Of a stretch of 64,000 bases of DNA, positions 21,786 through 32,029 are shown piece after piece. The notes below the pieces were generated by a model, which ran no database searches, was not told the origin of the DNA, and saw only the letters and a list, made by a program, of their open reading frames with translations. Location: contig CACJUF010000002.1 in NCBI GenBank assembly GCA_902596515.1, positions 20,100 to 84,099 of the forward strand. Reading direction: 5' to 3'. Source of the stretch: an uncultured Pelagibacteraceae bacterium. Its GTDB lineage: Bacteria; Pseudomonadota; Alphaproteobacteria; Pelagibacterales; Pelagibacteraceae. A program made the translations under genes and the position numbers. Positions within the stretch are counted from its first letter, which is position 1; each line of letters begins with the position of its first letter.

Positions 21786-24170
21786 ATGATTGATCATTTA
21801 TACCAAAATACAATCTTAAAAAATCCTAAATCTATACTGATTATTTTATTAATCGCTTTAATCAGTTTCGGATATCATTCTAAAAATTTTAGGCTTGATG
21901 CATCTTCTGAAACACTGTTAATCGAAGGTGATCCTGATCTTGAATACTTAAGAGAAGTAACAAATAGATATGGTTCAAAGGAGTTTCTGGTCTTAACTCA
22001 CACACCTAATGACGGTATGGTTACCGACAGTGCAATTAATAATCTCCTTAGTTTAAAATATAAACTTCAAAGTTTAGATTGGGTACATAGCGTTATAACT
22101 CTTTTAGACATACCTCTATTGGATAATTCTGATGCACCCCTTCAAGAAAGACTTTTAAATTTTAAAACACTTAAAGACGAAGATGTTGATAAAGAAAGGG
22201 GCTTTAGAGAAATTTTAGCAAGTCCAGTTTTTAGAAATTTTGTTATTAGTGAAGATGGTAAAACAAGTGGAATAATTGTCAATATTAAAGAAAATCAAAA
22301 ATTGGAAGATATTGAAAATAAATCAGATAAGGAAATACAAATATTCAAAGATCAAATAAAAAAAAATAATCATAATAATATCTTAGAAATTCGAGAGGTG
22401 ATCAAAAGTTACGACGACATAGGAAAAATTTACTTGGGTGGAATACCAATGATTGCTGATGACATGATGACTTTTATTAAAAGTGATATCATTGTTTTTG
22501 GTTTGGGTGTGCTTGTATTTATTATTGCAACCTTATGGTTTGTTTTTAGAAATTTAATTTGGGTAGTAGTCCCAATAAGTAGTTGTTTCTTTTCTGTTAT
22601 AATCATGACGGGTCTTTTAGGCCTCATTGGCTGGAAAGTTACTGTAATTTCGTCAAACTTTATTGCACTGATGTTAATTTTAACTATGGCAATGAATATT
22701 CATATGAGCACAAGATTTATACAATTAAGAAAAAATTATCCTAACAAAAATAATCATGAAATAATCTCTTTAACGACAAAAAAAATGTTCTGGCCAATCC
22801 TTTATACTGCTTTAACAACTATTATTGCTTTTTTATCTTTGATTTTTAGTGAAATCAAACCAGTAATTGATTTTGGTCTGATGATGACTTTTGGATTAAT
22901 AACATCATTTGTTATTACTTTTACCCTGCTTCCAAGTTTATTAAGTTTTTTAAAAAATAATAGAACTCTTTTAAAAGAGGAAGTTGACTCCAAAATAACT
23001 TCTTTTTTAGGAAAAATTTCTATTAATTTTAAAAATCAAGTTTTTATAATAACTGGGATAGTAATTATTTTAAGTATTACTGGAATAAGTAAATTGGAAG
23101 TTGAAAATAGTTTTATAAATTATTTTAGTAAAAAGACAGAAATTTATAAAGGTATGAAATTAATTGATGAAAAACTAGGTGGAACAACACCCCTAGAAGT
23201 AATTTTAAAGTTTCCAGAAAAAAAAGAAGAGAAATTAGAAGGAGATGATGAATTCGAGGATTGGGGCGATGAAGAAAAAAATGATGACAAGTATTGGTTT
23301 ACAAAAGATAAAATAGAAACAATTTCTAACATACATAATTATCTTGATAGTCTTCCTGAGATAGGAAAAGTCTTATCATTTTCATCGATAGTTGATGTTG
23401 CAACTCAATTAAATAATAATAAACCTCTTGGGACTTTAGAGATGGGTGTTTTGTATACTAAAATTCCTGAAAATATCAAAACTGAGATAATTGACCCTTA
23501 TATTTCTATAGAAGATAATGAGGCTCGAATAAGTTTAAGAATAATTGACTCTCAAAAAGATCTTAAAAGAAATGAGCTGATCAAAAAAATAAACTATGAC
23601 CTGCAAAATGAATTCGGATTAAATGTAGATCGATACAAATTAGCTGGGGTGATGATATTATTTAATAATTTATTACAAAGTTTGTTTAAATCTCAAATTC
23701 TTACTTTGGGACTTGTCATGCTAGGTATTTTTGGAATGTTTGTTATTTTATTTAAGAACATTAAATTATCTTTAATTGGAGTTGTACCAAACTTTATTGC
23801 AGCATTTTTTATATTAGGAATAATAGGTATGCTAGAGATACCTTTAGATATGATGACTATCACAATTGCTGCTATTACAATAGGCATAGCCGTTGACAAC
23901 AGTATACACTATATCTACAGATTCAAAGAGGAGTTCAACAAAATAAATGACTATAAAAAAACGTTAAAAACTTGTCATTCAACAGTTGGTGTTGCGATTC
24001 TAAATACTTCTATAACAATAGTCTTTGGTTTTTCTATTTTAGTTTTATCTAAATTCATACCTACAATTTATTTTGGAATTTTCACAGGATTAGCAATGTT
24101 GTTTGCAATGATTTCTGTTTTAACTTTACTTCCATCTTTAATATTAGTTTTTAGGCCATTTGAAAAATAA
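21786..24170 (+). CDS. MMPL/RND-family transporter (COG1033-like)
   Basis: Two repeats of TM plus large loop plus five TM; GIAVDNSIHY acidic TM motif. Confidence 0.85.
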   Translation: MIDHLYQNTILKNPKSILIILLIALISFGYHSKNFRLDASSETLLIEGDPDLEYLREVTNRYGSKEFLVLTHTPNDGMVTDSAINNLLSLKYKLQSLDWVHSVITLLDIPLLDNSDAPLQERLLNFKTLKDEDVDKERGFREILASPVFRNFVISEDGKTSGIIVNIKENQKLEDIENKSDKEIQIFKDQIKKNNHNNILEIREVIKSYDDIGKIYLGGIPMIADDMMTFIKSDIIVFGLGVLVFIIATLWFVFRNLIWVVVPISSCFFSVIIMTGLLGLIGWKVTVISSNFIALMLILTMAMNIHMSTRFIQLRKNYPNKNNHEIISLTTKKMFWPILYTALTTIIAFLSLIFSEIKPVIDFGLMMTFGLITSFVITFTLLPSLLSFLKNNRTLLKEEVDSKITSFLGKISINFKNQVFIITGIVIILSITGISKLEVENSFINYFSKKTEIYKGMKLIDEKLGGTTPLEVILKFPEKKEEKLEGDDEFEDWGDEEKNDDKYWFTKDKIETISNIHNYLDSLPEIGKVLSFSSIVDVATQLNNNKPLGTLEMGVLYTKIPENIKTEIIDPYISIEDNEARISLRIIDSQKDLKRNELIKKINYDLQNEFGLNVDRYKLAGVMILFNNLLQSLFKSQILTLGLVMLGIFGMFVILFKNIKLSLIGVVPNFIAAFFILGIIGMLEIPLDMMTITIAAITIGIAVDNSIHYIYRFKEEFNKINDYKKTLKTCHSTVGVAILNTSITIVFGFSILVLSKFIPTIYFGIFTGLAMLFAMISVLTLLPSLILVFRPFEK

Positions 24171-24176
24171 AAATAT

Positions 24177-24734
24177 ATGTTTGAAATAACTCTAGAATTT
24201 TTTGGAGAAATTTTTAATTTAATTTCTGCAATTGATTTAATCTATATATTGATAACTATTCTTTCACTAATAAAGTGTTATAGCAAAGGGTTTGTCTTGA
24301 GCATACTTTCAATGTCAAAGTGGTTATTAGCATATATTGCAACTTTAATACTATTTCCAAGATTAAAACCTTATGTCAAAAATATTATAGATAATGAATA
24401 TGTGCTTGATGTAGGACTTGGAATAACGATCTTTATTATAGTTATCTTTTTAATATTGTTGATTAATAAAGGGATAAGTAGAGCAATCAAATATACTGGT
24501 ATAGGAAGTCTAGATACTGTTTTTGGATTCTTTTTTGGATTTATTCGAGCGTATATTATCTCCATATGTATTTTTTCAGCAGTGCATATCGTGTATAACC
24601 ATGACAAATGGCCAGTAAATTTAAACAAATCATACACCTTTCCATATCTTGAAAAAGGTAGTAATTACTTAATGAAAGTTTTTCCAAATGAAAAAACATA
24701 TAAAGATTCTAAAGAAAAAATTGAAGATTTATAA
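24177..24734 (+). CDS. cvpA: CvpA-family membrane protein
   Basis: KGFV.SILS, LDTVFGFFFG..RA; directly before purF. Confidence 0.88.
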   Translation: MFEITLEFFGEIFNLISAIDLIYILITILSLIKCYSKGFVLSILSMSKWLLAYIATLILFPRLKPYVKNIIDNEYVLDVGLGITIFIIVIFLILLINKGISRAIKYTGIGSLDTVFGFFFGFIRAYIISICIFSAVHIVYNHDKWPVNLNKSYTFPYLEKGSNYLMKVFPNEKTYKDSKEKIEDL

Positions 24735-26169
24735 TCCAAAATTGAATGAGGAATGTGGTGTATTTGGGATTGCTAATGTAAAAGATGCTTCGGCTTTAAC
24801 TGCTCTTGGATTACACTCTCTACAACATAGAGGACAAGAAGGCTGTGGAATAGTAACATTTGATGGAGAAAGATATTATTCAGAGAAAAGATTTGGTTTA
24901 GTTGGTGACAACTTTAATAAAGAAAAGATTCTAGATAATCTTAAGGGAAATTTTGCAATTGGTCATAATCGATATAGTACCACTGGAAATAATACATTAA
25001 GAAATATTCAGCCTTTCTTTGCAGACACAAATGCTGGTGGGATTGGGGTTGCTCATAATGGAAACTTAACAAATTCAATTTACTTAAGAAATAAACTCGT
25101 TGAAGAAGGAGCAATTTTCTACACAACATCTGACACTGAAACAATTGTTCAGCTTATTGCAAAATCAAAAAGATTAAAAACTATTGATAAAATAATAGAT
25201 GCGATATTTCAAATTCAAGGTGGATATGCCCTTGTGATGTTAACTCAAAATCTACTGGTAGGAGTAAGAGATCCTTATGGGATTAGACCCTTAGTCATAG
25301 GTAAATTAAAAAATAGTTACGTTCTTGCATCTGAGACCTGTGCATTGGATATTATAGGTGCAAAATTTATTCGAGAAGTAGATAATGGTGAAATTGTATT
25401 AATTGAAAATGATAAATTAAAAAGTATTAAACCTTTTCCAACAAAGAAAATCAGACCTTGTGTTTTTGAATATATTTATTTTGCAAGACCGGATAGTATT
25501 CTTAGTGAAAAAACTGCATATGAGCACCGTAAAAATTTAGGTAAGGAATTAGCAAAAGAAAACGATGTTGATGCTGATATTATTGTTCCAGTCCCAGATT
25601 CCGGAAACGCTGCAGCTTTGGGTTTTGCACAGCACTTGAATAAAAATTATGAACATGGATTAATCAGAAATCATTATGTTGGAAGGACCTTCATTGAACC
25701 AAGTCAAAAAATAAGAAGTTTGGGGGTTAAGCTTAAATTAAATGCAAATCAAACAACAATAGAAAATAAAAAGATTATTCTTGTTGATGACTCTTTAGTA
25801 AGAGGAACGACATCTCATAAAATTGTTAAAATGCTTTATGATGCGGGAGCAAAAGAGGTTCATGTTAGAATTGCTTGTCCTGAAATTAAACACCCAGATT
25901 TCTATGGAGTTGATACACCAACGAAAAAAGAATTGTTAGCTGCAAATAAAAATAATAATGAAATCTGTGAATACATTGGTGCTAAATCATTAAAATTTTT
26001 ATCAATTCAAGGCATGTATAAAGCTATTGGATTTGATAAAAGAAACGAAAATTATCCACAATTGACTGATCATTATTTCACTGGAGACTACCCTGTAAAA
26101 CCTATAGATGAATTGGGTGACAGCAAAATAACTCAACTTTCTTTACTAAGCACAGCATCAAATAATTAA
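24688..26169 (+). CDS. purF: Amidophosphoribosyltransferase
   Basis: EECGVFG (N-terminal nucleophile Cys after a propeptide), LQHRGQE, GHNRYST, VDDSLVRGTT. Confidence 0.98.
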   Translation: MKKHIKILKKKLKIYNPKLNEECGVFGIANVKDASALTALGLHSLQHRGQEGCGIVTFDGERYYSEKRFGLVGDNFNKEKILDNLKGNFAIGHNRYSTTGNNTLRNIQPFFADTNAGGIGVAHNGNLTNSIYLRNKLVEEGAIFYTTSDTETIVQLIAKSKRLKTIDKIIDAIFQIQGGYALVMLTQNLLVGVRDPYGIRPLVIGKLKNSYVLASETCALDIIGAKFIREVDNGEIVLIENDKLKSIKPFPTKKIRPCVFEYIYFARPDSILSEKTAYEHRKNLGKELAKENDVDADIIVPVPDSGNAAALGFAQHLNKNYEHGLIRNHYVGRTFIEPSQKIRSLGVKLKLNANQTTIENKKIILVDDSLVRGTTSHKIVKMLYDAGAKEVHVRIACPEIKHPDFYGVDTPTKKELLAANKNNNEICEYIGAKSLKFLSIQGMYKAIGFDKRNENYPQLTDHYFTGDYPVKPIDELGDSKITQLSLLSTASNN

Positions 26170-26172
26170 TTT

Positions 26173-26730
26173 ATGAAAAAAGTAAGTTTTACAGAAATGA
26201 AAAATGGAACTAAAGAAGATTATCTTTTTCTTGATAAACATGAAAAAGATTTTGCAAGTAAAACTGCTGAAAGGATATTAAAATTTATGGCTGGACTCAC
26301 TGAAACTTTAGAAGGTTACCAAGTTTCAAGATTAGAACATTCACTTCAAAGCGCAACTAGAGCTTATAGAAATGGAGAAAGTGATGAAATGGTTGTAGCT
26401 GCTTTATTACATGATATTGGTGACGAGCTAGCTCCAATGAACCATTCAGAATATGCTGCAGCGGTTCTTAAACCATATGTTTCAGAAAAAACTCATTGGA
26501 TTGTTGAAAAACATGGTGAGTTTCAGATGTATTATTATGCTCACCATTTAGGAGGAAACAAAAATAAAAGAGACGAATATAAAAATCACAAATATTATCA
26601 GGACACAGTAGATTTTTGTGAAAAATATGATCAAAACTCATTTGATCCAAATTATAAATCGTTACCATTAGATTTCTTTAAACCCTTTGTAAAAAAAGTT
26701 TTTTCAAGAAAACCTTACTCTTCACTGTAA
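26173..26730 (+). CDS. HD-domain protein of the PhnZ/TmpB-like diiron oxygenase group
   Basis: RLEHSLQSAT, ALLHDIGD, NHSE, EKHGEF, YDQNSFD. Confidence 0.75.
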   Translation: MKKVSFTEMKNGTKEDYLFLDKHEKDFASKTAERILKFMAGLTETLEGYQVSRLEHSLQSATRAYRNGESDEMVVAALLHDIGDELAPMNHSEYAAAVLKPYVSEKTHWIVEKHGEFQMYYYAHHLGGNKNKRDEYKNHKYYQDTVDFCEKYDQNSFDPNYKSLPLDFFKPFVKKVFSRKPYSSL

Positions 26731-26758
26731 AATTTTATAGGCTATATTCTTAAATATG
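26721..26758 (+). promoter_or_regulatory. Candidate sigma70 promoter giving a leaderless or near-leaderless gshA mRNA
   Basis: TTCACT (26721-26726), 16 nt, TATATT (26743-26748), 7 nt, ATG; no Shine-Dalgarno. Confidence 0.3.
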
Positions 26759-28051
26759 ACCATTTCTAAAGAACAAATAATTCAATACTTTAAATCTGGA
26801 ATAAAAGAAAAGAAAGATTTCAAGATTGGTATTGAACATGAGAAATTTTTATTTGATAGTAAAAACAACAAAAGAATTAATTACTTAAAAGTAAAAGAAA
26901 TGTTTTCAGCACTTAATGAATTTGGTTGGAATCCAATTAAAGAATCTGAAAATATTGTTGGTTTAAACAAAGGAGGTAAAAACATTACTCTTGAACCAGG
27001 TAACCAAATTGAATTATCTGGAGAAAAGCTTAATAATATTCACGAGGCATGTGCTGAGTCTTATGATTATTTGTTTGAACTAAAACAAGTCACAAAAAAA
27101 CTTAACATAAAGATTGTAAGCACAGGTTTTGATCCTATTTCAAAGCTTGAAGAAATCCCTAATAATCCAAAACAAAGATACGAACTAATGACGAGAGATA
27201 TGCCATTAGGAGGAGAATTAAGTTTAGATATGATGTATAGGACCTGTGGGACTCAATTAAACATTGATTATTCTTCAGAGGAAGATTTTTTTAAAAAATT
27301 TAAAATAGTAAATTCAATAGTTCCAATCTCAATTGCTTTATTTGCTAATTCTTCAATAGTAGAAAAAAAAAAGAGCAATTACTTATCTTATAGATCCAAA
27401 GTATGGCAAAATACTTCACGTGGAGGGCTCCCAAAATTATTTTTCGAAAATTTAAATTTTGAAAAATACGCTGATTTTATAATCGATTTCCCAATTTTAT
27501 TTATACAAGATAAACAAAATTATTTGTCAGGAAGTAAATACACTTTTAAGGATTTTATGAATGGTAAGATAGGTGAAATAAAAAATCGTCTTCCGACTGA
27601 GAGTGATTTATCATTACACTTAAGCACAATATTTACTGAAAATAGATTGAAAAAATATATTGAATTAAGATCAATAGATACATGTGGATGGGATTGTCTT
27701 TGTGCTGGGCCTGCATTTTTTATTGGTTTGTTATATGGGAATTTAGAAGAAATTTATAATTTAGTTTCCTCATGGGATAAAGATAAAATAATTAATGCTT
27801 ATCTAGATGCTCCTCAAAAGGGTTTTAATACTCAATTGATGGGTAAAGACCTTTTTTACTGGGCTTCAACTTTGTTAGAAATCTCAAGAAAAGGATTGGA
27901 TAATAGAGATATACTAAATAAAAGCGGAAAAAATGAAACTTTGTTTTTAAATCATTTGCAAAAAGTTATTGATAATAAAACTACGAATGCAGACCATATG
28001 ATTGATAAATTTTCTAAAAATGAAGATTTAAAAGATTTGTATGACAAATAA
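26756..28051 (+). CDS. gshA: Glutamate-cysteine ligase (alphaproteobacterial/plant type)
   Basis: IGIEHEKF, ITLEPG.QIELSG, MMYRTCGTQLNID, HLSTIFTE.RLK.YIELR. Confidence 0.93.
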   Translation: MTISKEQIIQYFKSGIKEKKDFKIGIEHEKFLFDSKNNKRINYLKVKEMFSALNEFGWNPIKESENIVGLNKGGKNITLEPGNQIELSGEKLNNIHEACAESYDYLFELKQVTKKLNIKIVSTGFDPISKLEEIPNNPKQRYELMTRDMPLGGELSLDMMYRTCGTQLNIDYSSEEDFFKKFKIVNSIVPISIALFANSSIVEKKKSNYLSYRSKVWQNTSRGGLPKLFFENLNFEKYADFIIDFPILFIQDKQNYLSGSKYTFKDFMNGKIGEIKNRLPTESDLSLHLSTIFTENRLKKYIELRSIDTCGWDCLCAGPAFFIGLLYGNLEEIYNLVSSWDKDKIINAYLDAPQKGFNTQLMGKDLFYWASTLLEISRKGLDNRDILNKSGKNETLFLNHLQKVIDNKTTNADHMIDKFSKNEDLKDLYDK

Positions 28052-28967
28052 AATTGTTGCTATACAAGGAAATCACCCTTCTAAACTAAATCCAAAAACA
28101 GATACAAGTATTTTTTTAGCCAATGAAATTCAAAAAAAGAAATATAGAATTTTTTATTATGACCCTAAAGATTTATCTATCGTAGATTCAAAAGTTATAG
28201 CAAAAGGTTTTTTTATTAAGTTTAATTATAATGATAAAAAATTTTACAAAATTTTAAAAAAACAAAACTTAAATCTTATCAAATGTAAATATATCTTAAT
28301 AAGACAGGATCCTCCTTTTAATCTAGAATATATATCTACAACTTTTATTCTTGAGAAAATTAAGGACAAAGTAAAAATTATAAACGATCCTACTTCAATC
28401 AGAAATATTTCTGAAAAACTTTATTCAGCCAAATATCTAAGATTTATGCCTAATACAATTTTTACTCAAAATATTCATGAAATTAAAAATTTTTTCAAAA
28501 AGAATAAAAGTGTAATTTTAAAACCTATCCACAGTTTTAGTGGAAACGATATTCATTTACTGAATAAATTTAAATTAAATTTTGTAAAAAAATTTGTTAA
28601 AAAACATGATCATATAATGTGTCAAAAATTTTTACCTAAAATTAGCAAAGGGGATAAGAGAGTATTTTTGATTAATGGAAAAATATGTGGTGCGATTTCT
28701 AGAGTACCTAAAAAAGGATCATTTCTAAGTAACATGAGTAAAGGAGCAGCACCAATAAATATTCAATTAACGAAATTAGAAAAAAGAATATCAAATATAA
28801 TTGCAAAAGATTTAAAGAAAGAAAAAATTTATTTTGCTGGGATCGATTTTATCGATCAAAAACTAAATGGTGATATCAATGTTACATCTCCGACTGGATT
28901 AAAAACTTTATTCGATATATCTAAGATTAATCTTGCCAAAATTTTTTGGAAAGATTTAAAAGCATGA
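28041..28967 (+). CDS. gshB: Glutathione synthetase
   Basis: RQDPPF, SEKL, GDKRVFL.NG, RVP..G.F.SN...G, INVTSPTG. Confidence 0.95.
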   Translation: MTNKIVAIQGNHPSKLNPKTDTSIFLANEIQKKKYRIFYYDPKDLSIVDSKVIAKGFFIKFNYNDKKFYKILKKQNLNLIKCKYILIRQDPPFNLEYISTTFILEKIKDKVKIINDPTSIRNISEKLYSAKYLRFMPNTIFTQNIHEIKNFFKKNKSVILKPIHSFSGNDIHLLNKFKLNFVKKFVKKHDHIMCQKFLPKISKGDKRVFLINGKICGAISRVPKKGSFLSNMSKGAAPINIQLTKLEKRISNIIAKDLKKEKIYFAGIDFIDQKLNGDINVTSPTGLKTLFDISKINLAKIFWKDLKA

Positions 28968-29824
28968 AAAATTTAACGGATCAGCAAAAAGGATCGCTGC
29001 TTGCATTCGTAGCTGTAATGTTTATTACACCTGACTCTTTATTTATCAGGCTTTCTAATATCGACACTTGGGGTCTTGTTTTTTATCGCGGAATAATTCC
29101 ATTCTTAACAGTTTTTTTTGGAATGCTATTAATTTATAAATTAAATTTTTTTAAAATACTTTTTACAAGTGGTTATCATGGTATTATTTATGTGGCTACT
29201 TTTAGTATTACAAACATTACATTTGTAGTCTCTATTCAAAATACAAATGTAGCAAATACTTTGGTAATGATAGCAACCGCACCGATGCTATCAGCAATAC
29301 TTGGTGCCATCGTTTTAAAGGAACCTCCAGACAAAAAAACTTGGCTTTCAGTAATTGTCACTTTTTTTGCAATTATCTATATTTTTTTCGATTCTCTTCA
29401 ATTAGGTAACTTTTATGGTGATATCTTAGGATTTATCACCGCAATTGGTCTTGCTGTGGGTGCTATTACTATCAGATCTGCAAAATCCAAAAATTTAGTT
29501 CCAGCAGCGGTAGTAGGCAAACTATTTGTTGCCACTTTCGCTTTATTCTTTATTGACAGTTTTGCTCTTTTAGAAAAAGACCTGATTATAGTGCCTTTAA
29601 TGTGCATTTTGTGTGTTGCTATACCTTTTGTTTTAGTGACTATTGCTCCAAGGTTTATTCCTGCTGCAGAGGTTAACTTGTTTTTTTTGCTAGAAACGAT
29701 AATAGGTCCTATTTGGGTTTGGTTGATTATTAAAGAACAACCAAGTATTGAAACTCTTTATGGTGGGATTGTTATTATAACGACCATTGCAATTCACTCT
29801 TTTTTAAAGCTTAAAAATTCTTAA
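28946..29824 (+). CDS. DMT/EamA-family transporter
   Basis: Ten TM; PAAEVNLFFLLETIIGPIWVW. Confidence 0.88.
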   Translation: MERFKSMKNLTDQQKGSLLAFVAVMFITPDSLFIRLSNIDTWGLVFYRGIIPFLTVFFGMLLIYKLNFFKILFTSGYHGIIYVATFSITNITFVVSIQNTNVANTLVMIATAPMLSAILGAIVLKEPPDKKTWLSVIVTFFAIIYIFFDSLQLGNFYGDILGFITAIGLAVGAITIRSAKSKNLVPAAVVGKLFVATFALFFIDSFALLEKDLIIVPLMCILCVAIPFVLVTIAPRFIPAAEVNLFFLLETIIGPIWVWLIIKEQPSIETLYGGIVIITTIAIHSFLKLKNS

Positions 29825-29882
29825 GCTTGTCACAATTAAGACTTGATTTAATAATACATCGCGAATACTTACGGCTGATTTT

Positions 29883-31223
29883 ATGGATAAAGTTTTAAAA
29901 AATTCGTGGGCTCTATTTTTGGGCATGGGATGCATAATGATGGCCTATGGCTTACAAGGATCTTTACTTGGAGTTAGAGCTGTCCAAGAAGAATTTAGTC
30001 TTACTTCCACCGGCTTTATGATGTCAGGATATTTTGTTGGTTATTTCATAGGAGCTGCAACTATACCTAAAATTATTTCCAGAGTTGGACATATAAGAGT
30101 TTTTGCTGCATTTGCTTCTTTAGCATCATTGATAATTTTAATTCATTCAATATTAGTAAATCCATTTATATGGTTTTTACTCAGAGTGCTTACTGGAATA
30201 AGTATGGTTTGTATTTACACTGTTGCAGAGAGTTGGCTAAACGATAGATCAAGCAACAAAAATAGAGGAAGTGTTTTATCTGTTTATATGGTCGTTCTTT
30301 ATGGAACAATGGGGATTGGAATGTTTTTGCTTAACTTTAGTAGTCCTAAAAATTTTCAACCATTTATTTTAGTTTCTGTAATTACTTCAGCTGCACTGAT
30401 TCCTATTTTGCTAACAAAAAAAAAACCACCTACTTTTAAAAGTATTAAAGCTATGAAACTTAAAGAACTTTATCATGCATCTCCATTTGGTATGGTAAGT
30501 TCTCTTTTTTATGGAACTATTCAATCTGCATTGTTTACTTTATTGGCTGTTTATGCAACCTCAATGAATTTTACTATATTAGAAATTTCAATTGTGACTT
30601 TCCTTTTAGCAGTCTCAGGAGCAATAGCTCAATTTCCAATAGGAAAAATATCCGATATGTATGATAGAAGAAAAGTTATTGTTTTTAGCACGTTTGGTGC
30701 TGCAATGTTTTCAATTTTTGCAATATTGGTATCAAGACAAATGTATTTACCTGGAAGCCTTGCAACTAGCAAAACATGGTTTTATATTTTTTTTATTTTA
30801 TTTTCTTTTTGTAGCTTGCCTATGTTTTCATTAATTTTAGCTCATACAAATGACTACATATCAAAAGATAAATTTGTTGCTGCTGGTGCAGGACTACAGT
30901 TTGCATTTGGATTAGGTGCTATGAGTGGGCCATTTTTGTGCTCAATATTTATGGACTTAGTTGGTTCAAATGGATTTTTTGTATTTTTATTTTTCTTTCA
31001 TTGCATCATAGGTTTTTTTGGTATTTATCGAATGAAAGTAAGACAGAGTGTTGATAACCCCGATTCCCAATTTGTTGCTATGCCGCAAACAATTACTCCA
31101 GCTGGAATAGAGTTAAATCCAACAACGGAACATATTGAAGAACCCTACTCAGACAAAGTGAAAGAAATATTAGAGAGAAAAGGTGTTAAATATAAAAAAG
31201 ATGAAGATGAAATTAAAGTTTAA
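29883..31223 (+). CDS. MFS transporter (YcaD-like)
   Basis: RVGHIRVFAAFAS, AESWLN, PIGKISD..DRR. Confidence 0.9.
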   Translation: MDKVLKNSWALFLGMGCIMMAYGLQGSLLGVRAVQEEFSLTSTGFMMSGYFVGYFIGAATIPKIISRVGHIRVFAAFASLASLIILIHSILVNPFIWFLLRVLTGISMVCIYTVAESWLNDRSSNKNRGSVLSVYMVVLYGTMGIGMFLLNFSSPKNFQPFILVSVITSAALIPILLTKKKPPTFKSIKAMKLKELYHASPFGMVSSLFYGTIQSALFTLLAVYATSMNFTILEISIVTFLLAVSGAIAQFPIGKISDMYDRRKVIVFSTFGAAMFSIFAILVSRQMYLPGSLATSKTWFYIFFILFSFCSLPMFSLILAHTNDYISKDKFVAAGAGLQFAFGLGAMSGPFLCSIFMDLVGSNGFFVFLFFFHCIIGFFGIYRMKVRQSVDNPDSQFVAMPQTITPAGIELNPTTEHIEEPYSDKVKEILERKGVKYKKDEDEIKV

Positions 31224-31855
31224 TTTAAGTTTTCAATATATTTAGACATTTTATTTAAAACACCTCTTTTCGAAAGTTTGTCAGTTCTAATTAAAATTGC
31301 ATCTTTGACTTTAACAAGTGGACTATTTTTTCTAGTTTTATCCATTTTTGTTCTATTTTTTAGAGATTTTTTAACTTCTTTTAAGGGCACTGTCTTTTTT
31401 AAATCTAACCATCTTCTATAACTAGAAACACTTAAATTACATTTGAAATAAAAAGCTAGGTCGTATTTTGGATTTTTAGCTAATATTTTACTTGCTATAT
31501 CTCTTCCCTCTATACAAATCTTTTTATTTTTTTTGATCAATGTCTTTTGAAAGATATTTATTATTTTCCGAATATTTTTATTTTTGGCTAAAATAGCAAC
31601 ATGGTTACTAATTTGTTGTGAGTGTAAATTTAATTTAACTATTTTTTTATAGGAAATACTTTTAAATCTTTTTTTTAAGAAATTAACAACATCTTTGGGA
31701 TTATTTTTGATTATTTCTTTACTTGCATATCTATACAATAATCCTGAATTGATAAGTAACAACTTATATTTTCTGGAGATGAGCTTTGCTGCAGTACTTT
31801 TTCCACTTGCTGACTCCCCGTCACAGGCAATTATTAATTTTTTAAATCTTTTCAT
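31220..31855 (-). CDS. cmk: Cytidylate kinase
   Basis: ACDGESASGKST, INSGLLYR, IEGRDI, RTKMDKTR..SPL. Confidence 0.88.
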   Translation of the reverse strand: MKRFKKLIIACDGESASGKSTAAKLISRKYKLLLINSGLLYRYASKEIIKNNPKDVVNFLKKRFKSISYKKIVKLNLHSQQISNHVAILAKNKNIRKIINIFQKTLIKKNKKICIEGRDIASKILAKNPKYDLAFYFKCNLSVSSYRRWLDLKKTVPLKEVKKSLKNRTKMDKTRKNSPLVKVKDAILIRTDKLSKRGVLNKMSKYIENLN

Positions 31856-32029
31856 GCAACTTTAATAATATTTACGTTCGATTTATGCAAAAAGATTATG
31901 AATTTTGTTATTTTTAACAAGTATTAATCACTTACAGGTTGAAACTCAAAATAAGCACTAAAGAGCTAAAGCGAAGATTGAAACATTGAAAAAATATAAA
32001 ATATTTGTTCTTATACACGAATAAAAAAA

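Noticed and set aside
31856-32029. 174-nt cmk/coiled-coil spacer as tRNA, sRNA or small ORF
   Set aside because: No cloverleaf, strong stem or started ORF; consistent with divergent promoters.
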